Shown in pieces: positions 49,543 to 58,608 of a stretch of DNA of 64,000 nucleotides (within the stretch, counting starts at the first letter, position 1; the number at the start of each line of letters is the position of its first letter). This DNA is from Sandaracinaceae bacterium (lineage in GTDB: Bacteria; Myxococcota_A; Polyangia; Polyangiales; Sandaracinaceae), in NCBI GenBank assembly GCA_044220955.1, contig JBGAQA010000011.1, positions 1 through 64,000 on the forward strand, given 5' to 3'. Below the pieces are notes generated by a model. It did no database searches, was not told the origin of the DNA, and saw only the letters and a list, made by a program, of their open reading frames with translations. The translations under genes were made by a program, and so were the position numbers.

Positions 49543-49833
49543 ATGAAGAAGACGTTGAATCCGGAACAGATCCAGACCGAGTCGATGACGCGCCGCACGG
49601 CCGTCGGCATGGTGGGCGGCATGGCGCTCGGTGCGGCGGTACTGACGCTCGGCGTCACGCAGGAGGCGCACGCGATCCCGGGCTGCACCGACCGCGACCC
49701 GTCGGATCCGGCGGGCAACGGCCGCGGCCGCGGGATCAGCGACAGCGATCCGCGCGATCCGGTCGGCTGTGGCAGCCGCGCATGCAGCGACAGCGATCCG
49801 TCCGACCCGGCGGGCCGCGGTCGCCACTGCTGA
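49543..49833 (+). CDS. Tat-signal mini-protein with DxDPxDPxGxG repeats
   Basis: TRRTAV twin-Arg, h-region, AHA cleavage site; three repeats and four Cys in a 52-aa mature part. Confidence 0.8.
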   Translation: MKKTLNPEQIQTESMTRRTAVGMVGGMALGAAVLTLGVTQEAHAIPGCTDRDPSDPAGNGRGRGISDSDPRDPVGCGSRACSDSDPSDPAGRGRHC

Positions 49834-49861
49834 CTCGTCCCTTCGGCGAGATCGGCCAGAG

Positions 49862-49894
49862 AAGGCGCGTCCGAGCGATCGGGCGCGCCTTTTC
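49862..49894 (+). terminator. Rho-independent terminator
   Basis: aaggcgcgtccga-GCGA-tcgggcgcgcctt stem with GNRA loop followed by tt. Confidence 0.75.
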
Positions 49895-49985
49895 GTCTGC
49901 TCCGAGCAGAGCCCGCGCGTGCCAGCGCGCACGGGCGGGAGCGCGGAGCGGCGGGCCGGGCAATTCCTGCTAGGAAGCGCGCCCT

Positions 49986-51818
49986 ATGTCGTCCGACCCC
50001 GTCTCCCGAGAGCATCTGCGCAACATCTGCATCATCGCGCACGTCGATCACGGCAAGACGACGCTCGTGGACGCCATGCTCCGGCAGAGCGGCGTCTTCC
50101 GCACCGGCCAGGCGGTCGAAGAGCGCGTGATGGACAGCAACGATCTCGAGCGCGAGCGCGGGATCACGATCCTCGCCAAGCAGTGCTCGGTTCGCCGCGG
50201 CGACATCAAGATCAACATCGTCGACACGCCCGGCCACGCGGACTTCGGCGGCGAGGTCGAGCGCACGCTGCGCATGGCCGACGGTGTCCTCCTGCTCGTC
50301 GACGCGGCCGAGGGGCCGCTCCCCGGCACGCGCTTCGTGCTGGGCAAGTCGATCGAGCTCGGACACCGGATCATCGTGGTGATCAACAAGATCGATCGCC
50401 CGGACGCGCGCCCGGACGAGGTGCTGAACGAGATCTTCGACCTCTTCGTGGATCTCGAGGCCTCCGACGAGCAGACCGACTTCCCGGTCATCTACGCGAT
50501 CGGCAAGCTCGGTACCGCGAAGTACAAGCTCGAGGACGAGGGCAAGAACCTCGATCCGCTCTTCGACACCATCATCTCGAAGGTGCCGCCTCCGAAGGGC
50601 GACCCGAGCGCGCCGCTGCAGATCCTCGTCAACGACATCCAGCACGACGACTACGTCGGGCGCCTCGCGATCGGCCGCGTCGTGCAGGGCACGGTGAAGG
50701 ATCTCCAGATCATCACGCGGATGGCCGAGAACGGGCCCGTGAAGGAGAAGATCACCAAGGTCTTCGGCTTCGAGTCGATGAACCGCGTCGCCGTCGGGTC
50801 GGCCGGCGCGGGCGACATCGTCGCGCTCTCGGGCATGGAGGAGGTCGCGATCGGCGACACCATCGCCGACGCCGAGAACCCGACCGCGCTGCCGCGCATC
50901 CGCGTCGAGGAGCCGACCCTCAAGGTGACCTTCCTCGTGAACACCTCGCCCTTCGCCGGCAAGGCGGGCAAGTGGGTCACGTCGCGGCACCTGCGCGAGC
51001 GGCTCGAGAAGGAGGCCAAGCGCAACCTCGCGATGCGCTTCGAGCCGACCGACTCGCCCGACGTGTTCACGGTGTACGGCCGCGGCGAGCTGATGATCTC
51101 GGTGCTCCTCGAGACGATGCGGCGCGAGGGCTACGAGATGGCCGTCGGCATGCCCGAGGTCGTCGTGAAGGAGATCGACGGCGCCAAACACGAGCCGGTC
51201 GAGCTCGTGATCGTGGACGTGCCCGAGAGCTACGTCGGCGTCGTCACGACCTCGCTCGGCCAGCGGCGCGGCCAGATGGTCAAGATGACGAACCTCGGGT
51301 TCGGGCGCGCGCGCATGGAGTTCCGCGTGCCCTCGCGCGGGCTCATCGGGTTCCGCTCGGAATTCCTGACCGCGACGCGCGGCACGGGCCTCCTGAACAC
51401 GCAGTTCGATCGCTGGGAGCCCTACGCGGGGCCGATGCTCCGGCGCATCAACGGCGCGATGGTCGCGGACCGCACGGGCGAGTGCACGGCGTACGCGCTC
51501 GATCACCTCCAGCCGCGCGGCGTGCTCTTCGTGGTGCCGGGCGATCCGGTGTACGAGGGCATGGTCGTCGGCGAGCACAACCGCGAGAACGATCTCGACG
51601 TGAACATCGTCCGGGAGAAGAAGCTCAACAACGTCCGCATGAAGAACAAGGACGAGAACATCGTGCTCTCGCCCCCGCGGATCATCACGCTCGAGAACGG
51701 CCTCGAGATCATCGACCGCGACGAGCTGATGGAGGTCACGCCCGCCGGTGTGCGCCTGCGCAAGAAGATCCTCGAGACGAACAAGCGCCCCCGCCGCGAC
51801 GACGCCAAGTACGGCTGA
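49986..51818 (+). CDS. typA: Translational GTPase TypA/BipA
   Basis: AHVDHGKTTLVD, ERERGITILAK, DTPGHADFGGEVER, NKID, GRGEL, SRGLIGFR, YEGMVVGEH. Confidence 0.97.
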   Translation: MSSDPVSREHLRNICIIAHVDHGKTTLVDAMLRQSGVFRTGQAVEERVMDSNDLERERGITILAKQCSVRRGDIKINIVDTPGHADFGGEVERTLRMADGVLLLVDAAEGPLPGTRFVLGKSIELGHRIIVVINKIDRPDARPDEVLNEIFDLFVDLEASDEQTDFPVIYAIGKLGTAKYKLEDEGKNLDPLFDTIISKVPPPKGDPSAPLQILVNDIQHDDYVGRLAIGRVVQGTVKDLQIITRMAENGPVKEKITKVFGFESMNRVAVGSAGAGDIVALSGMEEVAIGDTIADAENPTALPRIRVEEPTLKVTFLVNTSPFAGKAGKWVTSRHLRERLEKEAKRNLAMRFEPTDSPDVFTVYGRGELMISVLLETMRREGYEMAVGMPEVVVKEIDGAKHEPVELVIVDVPESYVGVVTTSLGQRRGQMVKMTNLGFGRARMEFRVPSRGLIGFRSEFLTATRGTGLLNTQFDRWEPYAGPMLRRINGAMVADRTGECTAYALDHLQPRGVLFVVPGDPVYEGMVVGEHNRENDLDVNIVREKKLNNVRMKNKDENIVLSPPRIITLENGLEIIDRDELMEVTPAGVRLRKKILETNKRPRRDDAKYG

Positions 51819-51849
51819 GCTCTGTTTCCGCGAGGGCCTGAGCGGCCCT

Positions 51850-51916
51850 CGCCCCGTGCCGAGTGAATCGGACACGGGGCCCCACTCCCCTCCGTCTCGT
51901 CGCTGCGCTCCTCGCG
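51850..51916 (-). repeat. Structured intergenic repeat, copy 3 (inverted, shorter)
   Basis: Reverse complement cgcgaggagcgcagcgacgagacggag...gtggggcccc...ccgattcactcggcacggggcg matches parts of copies 1 and 2. Confidence 0.7.
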
Positions 51917-51964
51917 GGATTGCCGGGATTCGACGCGCACGATAGGAATCGTGCGGAACCAGCC

Positions 51965-52276
51965 ATGAAGCACACGATCGACACCGGTCTCGACAAGGCG
52001 CGCAGCAAGAAGGCGATCGACAGGGCGATGGACGAGTACAAGCGGCGCTTCGCCGAGTACACGCCGCGCTACGACTGGACGACCGACGACGCCGGCGAGT
52101 TCTCGTTCAACGCCAAGGGCATCAAGCTCGGCGGGACGATCAAGGTCCGCGACCACAAGGTCGACGTCGACATGGACGTGCCCTTCCTCTTCAAGATCTT
52201 CCAGGGTCGCGCGATGCAGGTGATCGAGGACCAGGTCGTGTTCTGGGTCGAGAAGGCCAAGAAGGGCGAGATCTGA
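51965..52276 (+). CDS. Polyhydroxyalkanoate-system (PHA_gran_rgn-like) small protein
   Basis: MKHTIDTGL...A...YDW...F.F.AKG...G.I.V....V..DVPFLF..F. Confidence 0.65.
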   Translation: MKHTIDTGLDKARSKKAIDRAMDEYKRRFAEYTPRYDWTTDDAGEFSFNAKGIKLGGTIKVRDHKVDVDMDVPFLFKIFQGRAMQVIEDQVVFWVEKAKKGEI

Positions 52277-52285
52277 ACCAGGACG

Positions 52286-52678
52286 TCACGGGGTCGGGCG
52301 GCAGGCCTCGGGGATCTCGATCTCGAGACGCTCGAGATCCGCACGGAAGCTCGCCAACGCGGCGGAGCAGGCGGCGGCGCGGGCGGGGCTCTCGACGAGC
52401 GACTGATCGAGCTGCTCCGCGGCGATGCGGGCCGGGCCTGCGAGCTCGGAGGGGGCGACGGCGGCGAAGGCGTCCGCGCAGGGCGCGACCCGCGCGCAGT
52501 CGGCGGCGTCGGCGGTCGGCTCGGAGGGCGAGGTCGAGGTCGAGGTCGAGGTCGAGGTCGAGGTCGAGGTCGAGGTCGAGGGCGAGGTCGAGGTCGAGGT
52601 CGAGGTCGAGGTCGAGGGCGGCGGGTCTTCGCCGCACGCGACGAGCAGGAGCACACCCAGCATCAGCCACCGCCGCAT
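52286..52678 (-). CDS. Lipoprotein with Ser/Thr repeat linker
   Basis: LVAC lipobox, (ST)n linker, 4-Cys helical domain; alternative start at 52687. Confidence 0.7.
   Translation of the reverse strand: MRRWLMLGVLLLVACGEDPPPSTSTSTSTSTSPSTSTSTSTSTSTSTSTSPSEPTADAADCARVAPCADAFAAVAPSELAGPARIAAEQLDQSLVESPARAAACSAALASFRADLERLEIEIPEACRPTP
52530..52616. repeat. (GAGGTC)n coding microsatellite
   Basis: Long hexamer run with one GAGGGC interruption; encodes STST on the minus strand. Confidence 0.9.
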
Positions 52679-52718
52679 GCGTGCCATCTACCACGCCGCG
52701 GACTAGGCTCCGCGGCCG

Positions 52719-53873
52719 ATGAGCTCGCTCCGCGTCGTCTCGAGCCAGACGCCCGTCCGCGAGGACGACTGGCGCGCGCAGCTCCGCGGCGCGATCACGA
52801 CGATCGAGCAGCTCGAGCGCGCCTTCGCGCTCACGCCCGCCGAGCGCGCGGGCGCCGAGCGAGCCGTCCGGGAGGGACTGCCGCTCTCCATCACGCCCCA
52901 CTATGCCTCGCTGGCCGATCCGCACGACCCCGCGTGCCCCATCCGCATGCAGTGCGTGCCCACGGCGGCCGAGTCGGTCGAGGTGCCCGGCGATCTCCGC
53001 GATCCGCTCGGCGAGGAGGCGAACACCGTCGCGCCGCACCTCGTGCGCCGCTATCCGGACCGGGCGCTCCTGATCGCGACCGACCGCTGCTCGGTGTACT
53101 GCCGCTTCTGCACGCGCTCGCGCATCGTCGGCCAGGACGGGGGCGCACGCTCGCTCTCGGCGCTCGCGCCTGCGTTCGCGTGGCTGCGGGCGAACCCCGA
53201 GGTCGTCGACGTGATCGTCTCGGGCGGCGATCCGCTGGTCGCGAGTGACGAGCGCGTCGGCGCGATCCTCGCGGAGCTCGCCGCGGTCTCCTCGATCGAG
53301 ACCGTGCGCGTCGCGACGCGCGCGCCCGTCACGCTCCCCCAGCGCATCACGCCCGAGCTCTGCCGCGTGCTGCGCACGCACCCGTCGGTCTGGGTGATGA
53401 CCCACTTCAACCACCCGGCCGAGCTCGCGCCGGCCGCGACCGCCGCGCTCGCGTTGCTCGCCGATCACGGCATCCCGGTGATGAACCAGACGGTGCTGCT
53501 GCGCGGCGTGAACGACGACGCGAGCACGCTCGCCACGCTCTTCCGCGGGCTCGTGCGCCATCGCGCGCGCCCGTACTACCTGCTGCAGGCCGACCCGGTG
53601 CGCGGTACCTCGCACCTGCGCACGCCGATCGACACGGGCCTCGCGATCATGCGCGAGCTCTCGGGCCGCACGAGCGGCATCGCGCTGCCGAGGCTCGTGG
53701 TCGACACGCCGAACGGTCGCGGCAAGGTCGTGATCGCGCCCGACACCATCGTCCGGCGTGGCGGCGGGACCACGACCCTGCGCACGTTCCGCGGCGAGGA
53801 GGTCGACTACGTCGACCCGCCGCACGTGCCCTCGCCGCGCGGGCCGGGCGAGGGTGCCGATGGCGTTTCGTGA
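52719..53873 (+). CDS. KamA-family radical SAM protein (lysine 2,3-aminomutase-like)
   Basis: DPIR-like CPIRMQC, DPLGEE, RYPDR, CSVYCRFC, SGGDPL, HFNHP, NQTVLLRGVND, PYYL, GRGK. Confidence 0.92.
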   Translation: MSSLRVVSSQTPVREDDWRAQLRGAITTIEQLERAFALTPAERAGAERAVREGLPLSITPHYASLADPHDPACPIRMQCVPTAAESVEVPGDLRDPLGEEANTVAPHLVRRYPDRALLIATDRCSVYCRFCTRSRIVGQDGGARSLSALAPAFAWLRANPEVVDVIVSGGDPLVASDERVGAILAELAAVSSIETVRVATRAPVTLPQRITPELCRVLRTHPSVWVMTHFNHPAELAPAATAALALLADHGIPVMNQTVLLRGVNDDASTLATLFRGLVRHRARPYYLLQADPVRGTSHLRTPIDTGLAIMRELSGRTSGIALPRLVVDTPNGRGKVVIAPDTIVRRGGGTTTLRTFRGEEVDYVDPPHVPSPRGPGEGADGVS

Positions 53874-55407
53874 CGACGAGGCAGCGCTCCACGCGCGCAT
53901 CGAGTCGCTCGAGCGGGAGCTCGCGGAGGCGCGGACCGAGCTCGCGCGCCTCTCGGAGATCGAAGCCGAGCGCGACCGCCTGAAGCTCCGGCTCGAGGCG
54001 CTCGAGCCGAAGAAGCCGGTGCCGGCGGGGAGGCAGGCGGAGCGCTCGCGGGCCGAGCCGGGGCGTCGTTCCACGCCGTCCTTCGGGCTCCCGGTGCCGA
54101 GGACGCCTCAGGCGATGGTGCTCGCGGTGCTGGTCGCGATCCTGGTCTTCGGCCTGATCACCTATCTCCTCGCCGAGCGCAGCACCGACCGCCGCCCTCT
54201 CGCGGCCACGCCGAAGCCCGCGGACGCGCGCCCGCCCACGATCGGCGTCGTCGATCTGAGCGCGACGCCCGAGCCGGTGCCGATCGCGTTCACCGTCACG
54301 GGGACCGGGGACGCGCCGGATGGGTGCGCCGGCCACCTGCCCGACGCGCCGCAGCTCGTGCTGCGCACCACGACCCCCGCCCTGCTGCGCGTCACCACGC
54401 AGTGCGACGTGGACCTCGTCCTGGTGCTGACCGGCACGCCGGCCGGCGTGCTCTGCGACGACGACAGCGGCGAGGACGCCAACCCGCTGATCCAGACGAT
54501 GCTGCCGCCCGGCGAGGCGCGCCTGACCATCGGGACGTACTCGAGCGGCAACACGGCGAGCTGTGCGATCGAGCTGCACGCGAGCCCCCTCGCACCCGGA
54601 GTGGACGAGCACGGCCTGGCGTCCGGCGCCACGCCGCGCCTCGGCACCGTCTCGACCACGAGCGCCGAGACGTCGTTCGACGGGGTCGTGGCCGGCGCGC
54701 TGATCGAGGCCGATGCGGCCCAGCGAGGCTGCCCCGGGGTGATCGGGTCGGTTCCGGACCTCGCCCTGGACGTGAGCGAGCCCTCGATCGTCCGCGTCGA
54801 CGTCGCCTCGGGGCGCGATCTGGTGCTGATGATGCGCAGCCCCGACGGGTCGTTCACGTGCGACGACGACGACGGCGTCGGCACCAACCCGCGCATCGCC
54901 AAGCGCGTGCCGCCCGGCCACTACGCGGTGTGGGTGGGCGCGTACGACGCGAGCGGGGAGGGCGCGAGCTTCCACGCGGGCGTGCGCGTGACGACGCTCG
55001 CCGAGGAGGCGCGCGTCGTCGTCCCGACGCTCGACCTCGTCGACGGCTCGCCGACGCACGTGACCGGGACGTCGAGCGACGAGGTCTCCGCCTCGACGAT
55101 GTGGAGCGACTGCACCTCGCCGGGCTTCGTCCCCTACGAGCCGCAGGTCACGCTCCGCCTCGCGGCACGCCGCGACGTCGTCGTCGCCGATCCCGCGGTG
55201 ACCAGGCTCCTGGCGATCGTGCCGCGCGATGCCGCGTCGGCGAGGCGCCCGAGCTGTGTCGCCGAGGGGGCGTGGCGAGGCACGCTCGATCCGGGCGCGT
55301 ACGACCTCTACGTCGGGGTCCCGTCGGGCGACGATCCCCCCGGGCCCTTCGACCTGACGATCACGACGTCGGGGCCGAGCGTGCTCCCGTACACGCGCGG
55401 GCCCTGA
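53860..55407 (+). CDS. Membrane-anchored protein with coiled coil and three PPC-like beta-sandwich repeats
   Basis: N-terminal coiled coil, single TM, repeats CxG...P(D/Q)...DLVL...CDDDxG...NP...PG.Y. Confidence 0.72.
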   Translation: MAFRDDEAALHARIESLERELAEARTELARLSEIEAERDRLKLRLEALEPKKPVPAGRQAERSRAEPGRRSTPSFGLPVPRTPQAMVLAVLVAILVFGLITYLLAERSTDRRPLAATPKPADARPPTIGVVDLSATPEPVPIAFTVTGTGDAPDGCAGHLPDAPQLVLRTTTPALLRVTTQCDVDLVLVLTGTPAGVLCDDDSGEDANPLIQTMLPPGEARLTIGTYSSGNTASCAIELHASPLAPGVDEHGLASGATPRLGTVSTTSAETSFDGVVAGALIEADAAQRGCPGVIGSVPDLALDVSEPSIVRVDVASGRDLVLMMRSPDGSFTCDDDDGVGTNPRIAKRVPPGHYAVWVGAYDASGEGASFHAGVRVTTLAEEARVVVPTLDLVDGSPTHVTGTSSDEVSASTMWSDCTSPGFVPYEPQVTLRLAARRDVVVADPAVTRLLAIVPRDAASARRPSCVAEGAWRGTLDPGAYDLYVGVPSGDDPPGPFDLTITTSGPSVLPYTRGP

Positions 55408-55486
55408 CGCACGGGCGGGCACCTCGGGACCCGGGCCCGGGCCGAGGCATCGACACGCGCCCCAGCGTTACCTACCCTGGACCGAT

Positions 55487-56644
55487 ATGCGTACGTCGGT
55501 CGGCGGCTTCGTCTTCACGCTCGCGTGTCTGTCCTGCACCACCGCGCCGCCCGGGAGCGCGACCTGCGCGGCGGCCGACGTCGCGCGCTGCCTCGGCACG
55601 CAGCAAGCGTGCGATCCGACCGGGGGCGCCGCGACGTGCGAGCGCTGCGATCCCGGCGAGCACGCGAGCGCGCAGGGCCTCTGTGAGCCCATCTCCGGCA
55701 CGGCGCTCCGCCACGACTTCCCCGACCAGACCATCGCGGCGGGCTCCGAGTCGCTCCACAACTGCCGCAGCTGGACGCTGAACAACGCCGAGGATCTCTG
55801 GGTCACGGCCGTCGAGCTCACCCAGCACGAGGCGTCGCACCACTCCAACTGGACGTACGTTCCCGACACCATGTACGACGGTGCCGACGGCATCTGGCCC
55901 TGCACCGACCGCGGCTACGATCAGCTGAGCGCGGCGGTGGCGGGCGGCGTGGGCTCCGCGGAGAGCACGCACGCCGTGCACGAGGTGCAGGCCTTCCCCG
56001 AGGGCGCCGCCGTACGCATCCCGGCGCACTCGCGCATCGTGAGCGACATCCACCTGCTCAACGTCACCACCGCCGAGGTCACGGGGCACGTGACCCTGAG
56101 CCTCTACACGCTCCCGCGCGCGGAGGTCGTCACGCCGCTCACGCCCTTCCACATCACCTACCAGGATCTCGCGCTGCCGCCGCGCTCGCGCTCGCGCTAC
56201 GAGGCGAGCTGCGAGATCGCGAGCGGCTACCAGGCCAACGAGGGCTCGCCCCACCACATGCGCCTCTTCTACTCGCTGCCCCACACCCACGCGCTCGGTA
56301 CGCGCGTGTTCCTCTCGGCCGTCGGCGGCCCGCGGGACGGCGAGGTGCTCCTCGACGTGATGGGGACGCCGGGCGAGGCGCGCGGCATCGCGTACGCCGA
56401 GCCGATCGACCTCACGGGCGTCACCAGCCTGCACTTCGGGTGCGAGTTCGAGAACCCGCGCGCCGAGGTGGTGCACTGGGGATTCCAGGACCAGGAGATG
56501 TGCGAGATGCTCGGCTTCATCGAGTCGCCGCTGGCGTTCGAGAGCCGGATCGAGGCGACCGACACGATGGGCATGGACGGCACGACGCCGACCTTCTCGG
56601 GGCCGTGCAGCACGCTCTTCGTCACGCTGGCCAGCGGGATGTGA
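55487..56644 (+). CDS. Copper type II (PHM/DBH-like) monooxygenase lipoprotein
   Basis: SHHSNW, DIHLLN, LPHTHALG and QEMC motifs in the expected order. Confidence 0.75.
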   Translation: MRTSVGGFVFTLACLSCTTAPPGSATCAAADVARCLGTQQACDPTGGAATCERCDPGEHASAQGLCEPISGTALRHDFPDQTIAAGSESLHNCRSWTLNNAEDLWVTAVELTQHEASHHSNWTYVPDTMYDGADGIWPCTDRGYDQLSAAVAGGVGSAESTHAVHEVQAFPEGAAVRIPAHSRIVSDIHLLNVTTAEVTGHVTLSLYTLPRAEVVTPLTPFHITYQDLALPPRSRSRYEASCEIASGYQANEGSPHHMRLFYSLPHTHALGTRVFLSAVGGPRDGEVLLDVMGTPGEARGIAYAEPIDLTGVTSLHFGCEFENPRAEVVHWGFQDQEMCEMLGFIESPLAFESRIEATDTMGMDGTTPTFSGPCSTLFVTLASGM

Positions 56645-56657
56645 TCACGACAGGAGA

Positions 56658-56726
56658 GCTCGCCACGGAGGGCCCGGACGGGAGAGCGGGCGCAGCCCGC
56701 GGACGGGAGGGGCCGGAGCGGCGAGC
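56658..56726. repeat. Symmetric intergenic hairpin (REP-like)
   Basis: Arms gctcgcc/ggcgagc, ggccc/gggcc, gcgggc/gcccgc; ggacggga and ggag repeated on both sides. Confidence 0.55.
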
Positions 56727-56779
56727 CGACGGAATTGCTGATCTGAATGCCGGCGCGGCCGCGCGCACCGGAGCGGCGC

Positions 56780-57844
56780 ATGACACGATGCGGATGGGCC
56801 GTGGTCGCGCTCGGGCTCGTGGCGGGCTGCGGCGGCGAGACGGGGCAGGGCGACGCGGGCGCGAGCGGCGGTGACGCCTGGCCCGGGCGCGACACGGGCG
56901 CGCTCGCGCCGGCCGACGGCGGACCCGGCGACGACGCGGCGCCCGTGGACGTCGACGCGGCGAGCGGCGCCTGCACGCCGACGGCGGGGACGGCGACGCA
57001 CGAGCCGGGCTGTGATCTCTTCCAGCTCGCCGTGATCGAGCACGACGGCGCGCCGAGCGAGCTGATCCTGACCGGGCGCATCTACTCCGTCACCGGCGCG
57101 AGCGGGGAGTGTGCGGTCGTCGACGGCGTCGACGTCGTGCAGGGCAGCGCGACGAGCCCGCTCGTGCAGCACCTCGACGGCGGCGCTTCGATCCTGCTCG
57201 ACTCGAGCGAGCGCGAGCTCGCGCGCGGCGTCCCGGTCGCGGCCATCTCGAGCGTCTGCGCCTCCGACGAGGCCGCGATGCGCTTCGACAGCTTCGGCAT
57301 CGTCGTCCGCGGGCGCGTCGACGGCGGCACGTTCGAGGCGCATTGCGCCCGCGCCGAGGGCGGAGGGCGCTGGCCGCCCGCGCTCCGCGTCACCTGCCAC
57401 CGCAACGTCGACGCGGCCCCGTACGCCGGCAACGCGAGCGTCACGAGCTCGAGCTTCATGGGGGTCCCTTATGCGTCCACGATGCTCTACGCGGCGGCCG
57501 CGCACGGGCCCAGCGGCGCGCTCACGAGCGTGGACGGGACGATCCACGTCATCGCGCAGCGCTCGATCTTCGACACGGGGACGCCCATCGCGTCCTTCGA
57601 CAGCACGGGATGGATGGGGTCGGCGAACGAGTCGGGCAGCACGCCCTCGTACTCCCAGCTCCAGGCGTTCGCGAGCAGCGCGCAGTTCGACACGGAGCTC
57701 TGCCCGCCCCCGATGACCGGTCCGCCGGGGCCTGGCTACGTCCCGCCGCCCGTGTTCCTCGCGCGGATGACCGGAGACGGCGGTCGGGGCTCCTACTCGA
57801 CCGAGGTGTTCGTCAACGGGTGCCACACGACGACGGGCCCGTGA
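56780..57844 (+). CDS. Hypothetical lipoprotein
   Basis: VAGC lipobox; Asp/Gly linker; Cys-containing beta-rich body. Confidence 0.7.
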   Translation: MTRCGWAVVALGLVAGCGGETGQGDAGASGGDAWPGRDTGALAPADGGPGDDAAPVDVDAASGACTPTAGTATHEPGCDLFQLAVIEHDGAPSELILTGRIYSVTGASGECAVVDGVDVVQGSATSPLVQHLDGGASILLDSSERELARGVPVAAISSVCASDEAAMRFDSFGIVVRGRVDGGTFEAHCARAEGGGRWPPALRVTCHRNVDAAPYAGNASVTSSSFMGVPYASTMLYAAAAHGPSGALTSVDGTIHVIAQRSIFDTGTPIASFDSTGWMGSANESGSTPSYSQLQAFASSAQFDTELCPPPMTGPPGPGYVPPPVFLARMTGDGGRGSYSTEVFVNGCHTTTGP

Positions 57845-57876
57845 TCGTGGTATCTCTCCCGGCTCTGGGAGGGCCC

Positions 57877-58497
57877 ATGGCCGACGAAAACCAGGGCAAG
57901 CAGCCCTCGCTCGCGGACGAAGAGAAAGCCATCGGCGGCGGCGGCGGGAGCGGCACGATGGTCGCCGCGATCCTCGTGTTCGGCGTGCTCGCCGTCGGAA
58001 TCGCGGTGTTCGTGCTGCGCGGCAGCGGGGACAGCGAGTACAGCTCGCTCGGCCGCCAGGTCAACGGGATGCGCCAGGGGAACTTCGACCAGTTCTGGTC
58101 GTGCGCGCTCCCGCGCGAGGACATCCGCTCGCTGACCGGCAACGCGATGGTCCAGGCGGCGGTGCTGCAGCGCGCTCGCTCGAGCCCGAGCGCCTACGCG
58201 CACATCGTGCGCACGCAGTGCCTGCACTTCCTCTCGGACCAGACGCCGCTGCTCGCGCAGCTGATCGTCCCCGAGGACATGAACGAGAGCGTGACCCAGC
58301 TGCGCACGGCGTCGCAGGGGCAGATCGACGCGTGGAACGCGTACCTGACCTACCTCGAGCATCTCGGCGGCCCCTACGACTCCGAGGACACCGAGGGAGC
58401 CACGCTGCTCACGAACGTCGTGCGCGGCTGGTACGACTACCGCGTCGCGGTGCAGGCCGTGAACGCCGTGGTGTCGTCGCACGTGCACCCGGAGTGA
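57877..58497 (+). CDS. Hypothetical single-TM protein with helical periplasmic domain
   Basis: GGAGG SD; TM segment MVAAILVFGVLAVGIAVFVL. Confidence 0.75.
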   Translation: MADENQGKQPSLADEEKAIGGGGGSGTMVAAILVFGVLAVGIAVFVLRGSGDSEYSSLGRQVNGMRQGNFDQFWSCALPREDIRSLTGNAMVQAAVLQRARSSPSAYAHIVRTQCLHFLSDQTPLLAQLIVPEDMNESVTQLRTASQGQIDAWNAYLTYLEHLGGPYDSEDTEGATLLTNVVRGWYDYRVAVQAVNAVVSSHVHPE

Positions 58498-58608
58498 AGC
58501 GCGCGCGTCCCCGCAAGCGCTCTGGCCGCGGGGGCTGACGGATCGCACGCAGCCGAGCGGCGCCCGTTGGCGGAGCCGCGCTTCCGCGGCACCATCGCCT
58601 TCCCGCCC

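Noticed and set aside
14958..51916. Intergenic repeats as a CRISPR array
   Set aside because: Copies are many kb apart, not tandem with spacers, and there are no cas genes
52719..53873. Specific epmB or kamA symbol
   Set aside because: No efp/epmA or lysine-fermentation genes nearby; subfamily cannot be resolved by eye
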